Shown here: piece by piece, positions 40,201 to 53,400 of the stretch
How the letters are laid out: each line of letters begins with the position of its first letter
Position numbering within the stretch: position 1 is the first letter of the stretch
Assembly: GCF_000181795.1 (NCBI RefSeq)
Contig: NW_003526941.1
Coordinates: forward strand, 10,284,856 to 10,348,855
Reading direction: 5' to 3'
DNA: 64,000 nt
Source: Trichinella spiralis
Lineage: Eukaryota
Notes under the pieces: generated by a model
The model's database searches: none
What the model saw: only the letters and a program-made list of their open reading frames with translations
Told to the model about the DNA's origin: nothing
Made by a program: the position numbers and the translations under genes

Positions 40201-41355
40201 CTTCGGTGAAGCCGGAGAAAGGGATCAAGAGTCGGGAGGAGAATTACGAAGAACAGTTGCATCAAATTGAGCAATTTGCCAAATTTGGACGACTGTTCAA
40301 ATCGTCGGCGCCGTTAGAGTTGACCGATGCCGAAGTGGAAATTACCGTATCTTGTGTGCAGCACATGTTTTTGGAACATATTGTCTTCCAGGTGAGGCGG
40401 AGTTTTGAAATTGGAAAATATGTTGTGAAAAAAAAAATTAATATGTGCAAATTTATCCTCCCTTCTCCCACTTCCATTTATATTTTCTGTAGTTCGAATG
40501 TTCGAACACTTTGAATGATCAGATATTGTCGAACGTCGTGGTTCACGTGAAGCCTTCTTCCAAACGGTGGAAACAAGTGACGGAAATTCCGTGCGAAATT
40601 ATACGAAACAATGATTCCGGCTTCACGTACGTCGCTTTTCAATTGCCTAGAGATGCTGATCTACGTAAGCAGTGAAAAATGTTTGACAATTTTATTTTTC
40701 CACTAAATTATTTCTACTTTTTGTTTTGCTCATTTTACAATCTGTGTGAAATGTGGTTGTTTCTTCAGTCCCTGCGACGTTCAGCTGCGTGATGAATTGT
40801 ACGATTAAAGACAGCGAAGATGATATTACTGATTATGCAGACGAATATCCAGTAAATTTTTATTATTTTGTTGAATCATTATCAGTTTTATATTAAATCG
40901 TATTTTTTCTCTATACTCAGCTGGAAGATTTGGAATTGGGCGTAAATATGCAAGTGAAACCAATGATGAAGATGAATTTCAATGCCATATGGGAAGATTT
41001 GGATGGAAATGCCGAAGTTGCGTGCACATATTCTCTACCCGGATATGGCTCTATTCAAGGTTGGAATTTTTAAACATTTAATTAAATTAATCGATTTATT
41101 AAATTTATTTATTCTATAGACGCCATTGATAAAATATTGGATTGTTTGGGCATGGCACCTTGCGACCGTTCGGAAAAAGCGTCGAAAAATAAAGGCGCTC
41201 ATGTTCTACTGATGGCCGGCATGTTTCGAACTGGATCCATGTTAGCTGCGCAGGCTAAATTGGCACTGGCGCCGAGCGGTATTATCAACGTGAATTTGTC
41301 AGTTCGGTCGGAAGATGAATTAGCCGTTGGTGTAATTGTTTCGGCATTCGGCTAA
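37232..41355 (+). CDS. COPG1: Coatomer subunit gamma (COPI), multi-exon
   Basis: Starts [34 protein letters not shown]. Motifs [99 protein letters not shown], and appendage-domain LGMAPCDRS ending VSAFG*. Roughly 18 short exons. Confidence 0.96.
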
Positions 41356-41677
41356 TCAACTTGCTTTGCATTTGCTATATTTTCATTTGTTCAAGTGATT
41401 ATCTATTGTGTAACATTGTTATTTTTTACATTACAATTTCAGTGATGGAAATTTTACTTTTGTTATTTGTTAATTTTTATTTTATTTTTCAATTATCGAT
41501 TGTAAACTTGAATTGGGCATAGATTCAAACAATAATTAAAACAAAAATAATTAATCTTTTGCAATTTGAGAATTCAGCGGTCCATTTTCCGTTTGCTTAT
41601 TTTGTTGCATATAGTTAGTTGCTTGATGGTGTGATGTTTTTTTTGTCGTTTTCAAAAAGTGTTTTGCAGTTATAGCC

Positions 41678-42163
41678 ATGTTTAAGTCCGTGCTTTTGTG
41701 CTTTATTTGCATGTCCGTTTGTTTGATCCCATTGGGAGATGCGGGCGACAAATGCGTTAGCGGTCGTGGGAAATTGATTTGCAAGCGAAATCCCAAAGCG
41801 GTGGACACAACCGAAATTCGACTTTGGGACAAAGACGGTAGTACTGTGTTGGGCATGTTTGATCCGGATGATTTGATGGGGTAAGTAAATAAGCGGACAT
41901 TTATTATTCAAATTTGTTGTTGTTTATTACAGTATCATTTTAGTATTGGTGTTCCTGAAGACGACGGTCGATTTGTTATTGATGGATGCGCCAGCGACCG
42001 GGACTGGCTTCCATTTTGGAAGAATGATCCAGATCCGTATCTGGAAATCAGGCACACTTGCCGATTGTCTTACGGCGAAACGTTCCACATTGAAGGACCA
42101 TTGATCAAGTTTCTGCCCGACAATACTGATTTTGGTGTGATTGATCTTGACGTGCCATACTGA
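41678..42163 (+). CDS. Nematode transthyretin-like (TTR/DUF290) secreted protein, 2 exons
   Basis: Exons 41678-41880 and 41944-42163. Signal peptide, then GRGKLIC...IRLWDKD...DPDDLMG...DDGRFVIDGCASD...DPDPYLEIRHTC...FGVIDL, the typical TTR-family pattern (G-L-C, L-D-D, DD-L/M, G-F-I-G, P-L-I-H-C, G-I-L). Confidence 0.88.
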
Positions 42164-43012
42164 CTGACTGACTGATATACTGTTTGCGAAAATTTTTCAC
42201 GCATTCTCTGCTGCTACAACCTACTACATACCTACAACAAACAGCTCGTTGCTTCTTGCCTTTATCACTGCTTTTTTATCATCGACATTTTTTTAACTTT
42301 ATAAAAACAATAATCTCTTCTATGTGATGTGATGCGTGTTTGTGATATCACAATATGCAGATTAAGTAAATTTTTTATCTGATCTTCATCTATTGTGTGT
42401 GTTTGTTTGAATTGTTCAAAAATTGAACGAATACTGGAAATAATTGTATCCAGGAAATAGTATTTTTTTTGTTTTTTTTTCAACTCTAAAAATGCGAACA
42501 ATGTGCATGAATTGGAATTTATTATTTGCTATTTCAAAAAAAGAAGATGTTTTTTTGGGGGGATTATTTTCTTTTTTCATTAATAATTGTAGGCAGTTTT
42601 CAACAGCACCACTGTATTATGTATGTATAATAATTGAATTGAATAGCCAATGACCGACGTTGAGAAAGAATTGATCGGTGACCTTGAATTTTGTCCAATA
42701 GGAGCAGATAATGGCAGGTAAGTAAGCAGAAGCAGATTGTTGCTTCAATAATAATGTTTGCTCGATAAAAAAAATTTGCATTTCAAAAGCTCGCAGGCTA
42801 TATAATATTATTATTATTATTTACTTGGTGTCAAGGATTGGGCAAATTTGTTACCAATTTCTTCGGTTTCATTTCCTCTCGTCACGTCTCGTCTCGTCTC
42901 TCTCTCCCATTGTAGCTTGATCGTTGTTTTCAAAATATTAATATCAAATGTAAGCTGTGATCTTTTTATTATTTATTTCTTATCAATTTTTGAAATAAGA
43001 TTTATTATCATA

Positions 43013-43151
43013 CTGCTGCTGCTGCTTTTGTTTTTGCTTTTGCTTTTGCTTTTGCTGCTGATGCTGATGCAGATGCTAATGCTGATGATGATGATGATGA
43101 CGATGATGTTGTTTGTGGTTTAGTAATAGAGTAGCAGTAGCAGTAGCAGTA
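43013..43151. repeat. Compound microsatellite (CTG)n-(CTTTTG)n-(CTGATG)n-(GAT)n-(GTAGCA)n
   Basis: Directly visible tandem tri- and hexanucleotide runs about 400 bp upstream of the HOPX-like ATG. Confidence 0.9.
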
Positions 43152-43543
43152 GGGGGGGAGGGTTGAGAAAAGGGTTGGCGATTGGCCGATGCTTTTGGTG
43201 ATTATGATGCCGTTGCTGTTGCTTCGATAACGCGGCTGCGATGATAACATTAACTGCTGCTTAGACGCACACAACAAACATACACAGAGACACATACGCA
43301 CACTTTTCACTCTTCTCACATACACACAAACAAACGTTTGTTGTTGTTGTTGTTGTTCAAGCTCCATTGCTTTATGCTAAAGAAAACTTTTAACCCTCTG
43401 TTTTGGTGATTATTTGGCGCGTGTGCATGCTTTTTTTACACACACACACAATTCAAATTGGTTCATTTATTTTTTTTCGTTTTTATCATTTCAGATTCAT
43501 AACATAAATAATAAACTTTACAATAATAATTGCTATTACAAAA

Positions 43544-45501
43544 ATGGCTTCCGCTTATTATGTTCAATCGAATCCCGACGATCAAGTGAATCGTTGTCTA
43601 GCTTCTCAGACTGGTCTCACGTTGAGGCAAGTGGAATTTTTGAGGCGTGAATTTTCCAAGCATGGTCGAAATCCAATGCCAGAAATGTTGGAAATATTGG
43701 CAGTGGAAAATGGCTTCGAAGAGAACAAAGTTAAAGTACGTGATTTTTTTTCCATTTTCTTATTCTTCTTTCAAATTAATTATCTTCAATTTTTCACGCC
43801 GACGTTCGTTTTTATTTTTTGTATTTAATTATTTTCCCCCTGCTCAATTCAATTTATAACTAATTTATTGGTAGTATTATTAATTTCGGTTCGATTGGTA
43901 TTGTGACATTTCAAACGATCACGTTATTTGAACGTTTTTTTAATTCACTGCATAATGCAAATTTCAATTCTGTTTTTAATCCTACACGCTAGCCCGAACA
44001 GCGACGGGCTTTTTCTCCCAGTTAGCTGGATTTTCAGTTTCACAAGTTGTGCAAAATCTTTTCAAAGCTTTTCGGAACATAATCTATCCTTTGTGGTCGA
44101 TTTGGTTGCATTTGCACGGTGCTGTGTGAATTTTGCTTTGAACAACAAGCAGCAACTTTGAGCAATCAGATGCTGCTGCTACTGATGATGATCATCATCA
44201 TCAACTGAAGTGTGAAGAAATGCTTTTATTTTTCAAACTTCTTTGTTGGAATGAAATTTGTCTTGCTTATACGAAAATAGAAATAGAATTATGCATTCAC
44301 ATCACTTTCCTCTTTTCCCTTCACACACACACACACACGTGTATATGCTGCTAATCGGGAAGATTAATTTGTTCTAGTCATAGTGAAGTTTTTCAACTTT
44401 TCACATTTGTATACAGCAATAGCAATTTATTTTATGCTTTATTTTTGCTTATTTCTTGCTTCACTTTTGCACCACATGTTTTGTTATTATGCAAAATGCA
44501 TTCATTGATATGCACGCAGCATGATGCGCATGCGCACATGTGGATGATTGGAAGAAGAATTTGAACTGATTTCTTTATTTATTTGTTTATTCTCATATTG
44601 AAATTTCCATATTCAACGTCAATCTGCAGTTTCAGCACCAATTATTCTTTAATTCAACAATTTTGATACTTTTTTATTTATTTACTTCTTTTCCGGCTTT
44701 ATTTATTCACTACCTTTATACACGTTGTTTACCGCTGTATGCGACGCTTATTGTGAAATAATTTGTTGGCCAACAGCTGTTTGGAAAAACAAGAATTGAC
44801 GACCTTCTGTGTTATTTGTAGATGAACAATTTTTCTTATAACAGCAAACTAAAATCAACGACAATATTTTTAAATGAAGGTTATTTCATATATTGTTGAT
44901 GTGTTTATTATTAGCCGTCGGCAGATTGCAGATGACGTTTCACGTTTCAAAATGACATTGAACAGCAGACAGTTCATCATTTTTCAGATGCTCACCAGCA
45001 GCTCAGTTCTTCTCTTTTTACAAAGCAAAAAATTCAATGCCAATGCTTTTTTCCATTTTACCGTCGTAAACTTTTCGTACTGTATTTTTTAATCATTTTC
45101 AGGTTGACTGTTTTTTTTTGTGAATTATTTTGGCAACTTCTATTCCGGTCGTTGCACTTACTTTTCAAATATGCCAATAATAGTGTATAAATGAACACTT
45201 TGAATTTTCTGGATTAAGATGTGACATATTTTTTTCTTTTTTTTTCACAATGGGAATGAGATCTTTGTTACAAATAGAAAAACGTGAAAAGATTGATTGA
45301 ATGAAAAAAATTTAGACAACGTTGTTCTTCATGAAAGTGCCAAATAACCGATGAACAAAAAAAATATTATTCACGAAATGTAAAGCGGACGTCGGCTGAA
45401 AAAAATATTACGTTACTTAAAATATATCTTCTTTTTTTTAGAATTTGTTCAACTTACACATCGCACATGTTCGAAGAACGGATGGAATTCATTCCAAATA
45501 A
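43544..45501 (+). CDS. HOPX: HOPX-like homeodomain-only protein, 83 aa, 2 exons
   Basis: Exon 1 43544-43735 (donor AAA|gtacgt) plus exon 2 45442-45501 (acceptor ctttttttTAG|) gives MASAYYVQSNPDDQVNRCLASQTGLTLRQVEFLRREFSKHGRNPMPEMLEILAVENGFEENKVK|NLFNLHIAHVRRTDGIHSK*. It aligns without gaps to remembered human HOPX at about 20/59 identities. AATAAA overlaps the stop (45497-45502). Confidence 0.75.
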
Positions 45502-45951
45502 AAAATGAAGGAATTTTTTTCTTTAAATACTTTATTCTCTTTTTTTTGGAAATGAATGAAGCTGTTGCTACTCCTATTACTCTACCATGTGATCGCACCG
45601 CTATTCAATTAATCATTCAATAATATATATATATAATGTGAGTTAAATTAACAATTTATTATTTTTCATTTCGTTCTTATTATTATCTTCCCCGCCCGGT
45701 GACTGATTAATTTCACTGCTTAATTTTTGAAAAGGATTTTATTTGTGAAATTTTACTTTCCAAGCAAGCTAAAATAAATATCCAAATATTGGATGAAAAA
45801 TTGAAATTAAAATAGTTGTTCAGCTTGACAGGGCAACTAGTAACATCTACAGTGTAGATAAAGTTGTGGACGGATTGTTTGTTTTGTCTCCGGCTGTAGC
45901 GAAAAGGAAGTCGGATTCTCAGTTGTACGTATGTGATTGGTAAATTATTTA

Positions 45952-47419
<1,468 letters not shown>

Positions 47420-50400
47420 CTGAAAATTATTGTAAAAATTATTTACAGTAATTCATTTCTTTAAATGAAGTTTTGAGAAAAAAATATAAATTGGTGGCAG
47501 CAATGAAATTGATAATACCACCAGCAGGAACGTCAAGCTAAAGCTGTTTGTTGCAAAGGTGAGTGGCACAGAGCGACTGCGAACAACGTGGTACGATAAA
47601 ATTATATCACTTTTCAAAAATGATGCAACAAAATACAAAGATACGCTGCTCTCATTTTTTCACTCATTCTCTCACTTGCAAACTTTAAAATCAATAAATA
47701 ATAACAAATTAAGTGAAAAGAAATTATTATTTCAATAATCAATAGAAAAAAAAATTAATTAAATGCGTTACAACAGTTCGAGAAATCTACCAATATCAAA
47801 GCGTCAATTGATCGCTGACCTTACAACTTGAAAGCGTTCGTTGGTGCTAACCCAATAAAATCAATAACTGTTTACACAATATACTGCACAATATTCCCAG
47901 TGCACGCAATTTGAATATGATCATCTAATCAAACTGAAAATCAAGTATATCGTAACGTGTGAAAGTTGTGATTAATATTGAATTAATTACATTTGCATTT
48001 GGTCACTGTGCTTCTATCTCTCATTCTATTTATCTATCAGTGCAACTTGTTACAAAAACATTCAATATGCAAATATTGCACTCTTTTATCTATTTACTGA
48101 ATGAAATGCATTTCCAATTATTTATGTAAAAAGGTAGGTAATTGCCTTGAAATTATGTCGGTCATACAACAGTATACAGAAATGGCATATTACCGGTTCC
48201 CTTTATTGAATCTCCAAAAATACACGCGGGACAACTAGTAAATTACAGTAAATAATGAAATTCAAGGTTAATTTTTTATCGTTCATTTCTTATCAGTTGA
48301 TCAATGGACAGTTTCAAATACTTTATAAATTGTGTTTCTACATCATTCGGCTTCTTTCATCAACTGTAATGTAAATATGCGCAATTTGGTTTTCTTCCTC
48401 TAATTCATACCCTCATTATTAACACAGAATTGAACATTGAATTTTTTCTTTTCTCCTACATACACATTTTAACTGATTTATTTGCTATTTACTTTTCACA
48501 TATTTAACTTCTTCTGCTTTGCACTTCATTACGAAAATTAAAATTATTATAATTATTTTTTAAATGCTTTTACAACACATGTAAGCGGCCATTATTATTT
48601 TGTTACAAGTCGATGCGAACAAAACCAATGAGAGCTCTACTATTATACACTATTCTTTCGGCTGCTTTCTTTACACACTGTTTAAATATTACAAATTATA
48701 AATTTACTTGAATAATATAATGCTGCACTTTTGTTTTTAGAATGTTGGTCTACACGTTTGCTTGATTTTTCTTATTCAATCGCCAAACTTATTAATGTGG
48801 CGTTTTTGTTTGTTATCAAAAAATTTGTTAATAGTTTAGCGAAAAAGAACAACAATACGCAAATTTTTAGAAAAATTTTACTTTTTCATAATTGATTGTG
48901 CTGCAAATGATGAAGAATGAAAATAGAAGTGAAGAATTATTTGTCCTTTCAATTTTCGCTACCTGTGAATGTGATGGATGAGTTTGATTGAAATCGGTAT
49001 GTTTTATTGCTGTGGCGCTGCATCGTTTTCACTTTTAGCATCGCTGCAATTAACTTCAGGCTGAAATATGCTTTTAACGTGTTAAAATGATTAGAAGGTT
49101 TAACATTTTCCTTTGATACATTTTCTGCCATCATTTTCATATCAGCTTTTGAAAAAATTTGCTTCACTGGCTGATTCAAACATTCAGACCAATAAAACAG
49201 CGTTGCTGCTGCTGTTTCACAACAACCGCAAGAAAAGCTTGTACATTATTTCCTTTTCTCTGTCACTTCCTTTTTGCATCATTTTGCAAACAACAAATCC
49301 AAGTATGTATTGTTAAATGCTATTTTTTGTTTTATTCACTGAACTTTTAAACAAAAAGAAGATTATTCAAAAATTCACTGTCCAATAAACAAAAACTTTG
49401 CTCATTCGTCATTTTGATTTGCATTTGTTTTCCAAATTTGCATACACCTACTTCAATATTGCTTATTAAAACGTTGCTCTGATGATTAAATAGAATCATT
49501 ATAAACTGCAGTTGTTAATCGTATAGCTGCAGCGTGTTTCTAGCTCAAGACAAAGGCACAAATGGTAAGTTAAAAATGAACTTCTTGTGCAATTCTTTTT
49601 ATCATTTTATTGCGTTGTATGAATAAGATGATTTTCTGCTTAATATCCAACAACAGTTATTGTTTTATTATATTTATTTAAATAAATGAATTGAATCAAA
49701 TTCAGTCAGTTACTGATTAAACGTATTTGCTGTTGTACTTTTTGAAAAGTAAAATTTCATTATTGTGAAAATCGGCTTAAATGTAAAAATGTACTTTCTA
49801 CTTTTTGATTCGAATTTGGCAGTATTTAATAGATATGTAAAATATTTCTATTTTTAATTAATATTTTGTTGAAAATTATGGAAACACGCTCGCATTTTGT
49901 CCATTGGCACATTTTGTTTCATACTGCTCGACAATGAATTGAGGTTGTGTGCTTTGTGTGAATAAATTTAAAAAATTTGAATTTTTCATGTCAGCACATG
50001 ACATATTATTCCAAACATTCGCAACATTTCTTACTTTTGGCAAATTTATCAATTATTTAATAGCTGATATGCGCGCAGCTGAAGCGTCAATTCAATAAAC
50101 TGCCCTCTTCATTTGATTGTAAGATAAAAAGCTTTTCTCGACCACGATTACAGTTTGTTGGGCAGTTTGACACCAGATGCAATTTTTCAATTTTTGCAAT
50201 TTGTCTTCAAATTGTCTGGCCAAGAGCCGATCTTTATCTACGCTTTCAAATGGGCGAATGTTCAAAATTAGCAAACAGCTTTCGAAGCCAATATTCGTAT
50301 AAACAGATCTCGCATTTGCACACTTATCACTTTGACAATCATTTTCAATATTCCAAATTAACATGAACTTAATTGATTGATTTCAATTTCAAAAATTTTT

Positions 50401-53400
50401 ATTCTACTAAAAATCTTACCCATAATTAATAAAAGTAATTATATCTCAAGTTGAAAGTGGCAAGAGTTGAAGAATTTTTTAATTTTCCATACTATGTATT
50501 ATTGGATTTTATTGTAATGTTCATGTTTTTCTTTCACATATCAAATGAAGTTTTCTGCAATATTTTTACCATTTTTTGCCATTTTTAAAGTGAAAAAAAT
50601 TTTCAAACAAAAATGTATTATGCACAAAAGTTTCAAAAAGTTGACATATTATTTAAACTTGTTGTTTTATCGAAACATCGAGGCGTATCAATTTTAAATT
50701 TGCATACTGATGTAAAATATTGCATACAAATTTTGTCTGAAAGTTGTTATGAATTTTATTCATTTCTAATCTGCAGATATTGAACTAGTTTGCATTTCAG
50801 ATAATGATATAGAACAAATTTTGTAGTAAATTGAATCGATATTGAAATAATGAACTTTGTTCAAAGTTGATGCACATTTGTTCAGCGTCTTGTAATTTTT
50901 TAAATTACTGTTTGCTATTTTCTTAGGAGATGATATTCATGCTTGAGCAACTGATTTGAAGAATGTTTCAAAGAACGTCAATAACTAATTTTACATACTG
51001 GGGTTGGATTTCATTTTTCAGTTGAATTAAATTCTTCAAATTGATTTTGAATTCGCTTAAAATTAGAAGCCGAAGTTTATCATTTTTCTCAAACTAAGCT
51101 CTAAGCATGACAGTTGTTTTACATTAGATGAATTCACAGCCGAACTCTGGTTTAATGAAAAAGAAATAATGCACTGATTATGATAATTTTCACAAATGGA
51201 GAATTTGCAATAATTTAAGCAGAACTATTTGGCTTCTAAACAGCACCACCTTCAAAATTCAATTAGCCTTATCTGTGATAGCTTTTCCAACAGTATTTTC
51301 TTACATTGGCAGTTGATATGTTTATTTGTTAAATTTTCATATATTATTCATATTTGTAGTACTGTAAGTATGAGTTCAGTTGATGAAAAATGTTTAATGC
51401 TAGTTCAGCTGGAATATCAATCAACAAATATGAAATCAATACCTTCCAAAAAATTACTAGTGAATAATGATATTGAATTAATAATGATTTGCTGATGATT
51501 TTGTTTAAAGTTGAAAAACTGACAATCTTTTGTCACGTTAAAATACAACTCCACTTTGGATAGTTTTGTCGACGAGTGAAAAGGATTCCGATTTCCAAAA
51601 GCTATTTTATTCCAATTTCATTAAGATAAAGCAAAGCAGACATTGTGTAAAGTAGTCATTGTCGAAGAATTTCATTTAAAGTGCTTCAAATAATCGAAGC
51701 AAAAATGAGCATCCATTCCAATGAAATGGTCGCTTTTTCAACAAGCAGATGGAAAGTTTCTCATTCAACAGTTCTGAACATCGTTGCTCAACAGAAAATG
51801 GCAGCATTTTCAAGCAAACAACCCCAATATGAATTTAAATGCATCAATCCTGTTTGCAACAAATTCGCTTTCACTTTGCACTCTTTAGCCCAGATATTTC
51901 TTGAATATATTCTAAAATGCTGCGAAATCTATTCATATGTTTCATTTTATATTGGTTTTTTTCAACAGTTTTTCAATTCGTTCTATGCATGAAGTGGTGA
52001 ATAATTGGAGGCAGTTGTTTCGAATGTTTTTAATTTTGTTAATTGAAAAGACGTTCCAAAAGAATGACAGCATACATGAATCTTCTGAAACTTGTAAATT
52101 ACTAATTATTCATTTGTTTCAAACAGGTAAGGGATCTTCAAATAGATGGTATTTTTTTCACTAAAACAGATTTAACATTTATAATTTAAAAGTTTATTTT
52201 TTATTTATGGATACTGTTGTGTTTATTTTTTTGCTGATAAAATATGGCTGTTGTTCAATCCAAATTATTAAAATTTGTAAGTTCGAAAATTGTGATTGAC
52301 ATTTGCATGAAATAGCACTTTAATATTTTGATAATAATTTTGCATTAAATGCAATAGAGCTAGTTTATCATTTGAAACTGCCATTGACTGAAGACAATCA
52401 CTATATCTGTTTATTTGCATATAGAATCTACACCAAATCGTTTTACGACGTAAACATTACTCTGCTCTATTTAAGTTCTGATTATTCATTCAACTTTTGG
52501 AATATAGTCCTATTGCATGTTTTAAAAGATAGACATTTTTTAATGCCAAAAATTATTCGAAGTCATTTTTGTAAGAACATCTGTTAAGGAATGCGCGTAA
52601 AAATGGCTTGCTTTAAGTTTTAAATTCAGCGCACTTAGTTTATTTGATTTTACCTGTACTTGTGTAACTTAACATGGTATATTTGGCTTGATCAGCCGTG
52701 GTTGCTTTTGTTATTTGGTGTTATCACTTTAAGATTAGACAGTGTTGTTGGTGATAATTTTTATCTGTAAAACATCATACATCCAACTCGCTCAAAACTG
52801 CGCTTAACATGGCCTATGCTTATTTATAGAAAATCAAAATGATCACCAAGTGCGTTAAAATTCCATTTTAAACTAATACCAGTATCATTTACTATAAGCT
52901 TGGGAAAAATGAATCGTTTCATGAAGCTTTTATTTCATTCAGAGAAGCAGAAATATAAATTAATTAATAATTAATTCGTACTGTTTTATTAATGGAAATT
53001 GTTAAATGAATTTTCACTGAAAAGATTGACAATGCGACTGTTTCTAATCACTGTAAAATATATTAAATTTCCTAATATTGTTAAGTAGTATCTTCTTTGA
53101 CAAATGAATAAATCAAATGTATATTTTATAATGAGACAATTTCTTTTCATTACAATTCGCTTTTGTATTAAAAAATTTGATTAGAAAATAATTATTGAAT
53201 GCTTTGAATTTATATTCATGTTATTATATTGAAAATATTCAAAACCTAAAAATGCTATGATATTGTTCGTGTGTGAATATGTTATCTTTTGCTATACAAC
53301 ATTGGATGATCAGAAGGGAACAGTGAAAGAGAGTGTTAATGGAATTTGATAGTCGTATTACTTATTGGTAATTAACATATTTATATAATAAAAAATGAAA

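Noticed and set aside
43008..43367. 119-aa ORF with polyQ, polyS and AK repeats, and the opposite-strand polyL/polyM ORF
   Set aside because: These are translations of microsatellites with no domain signal.
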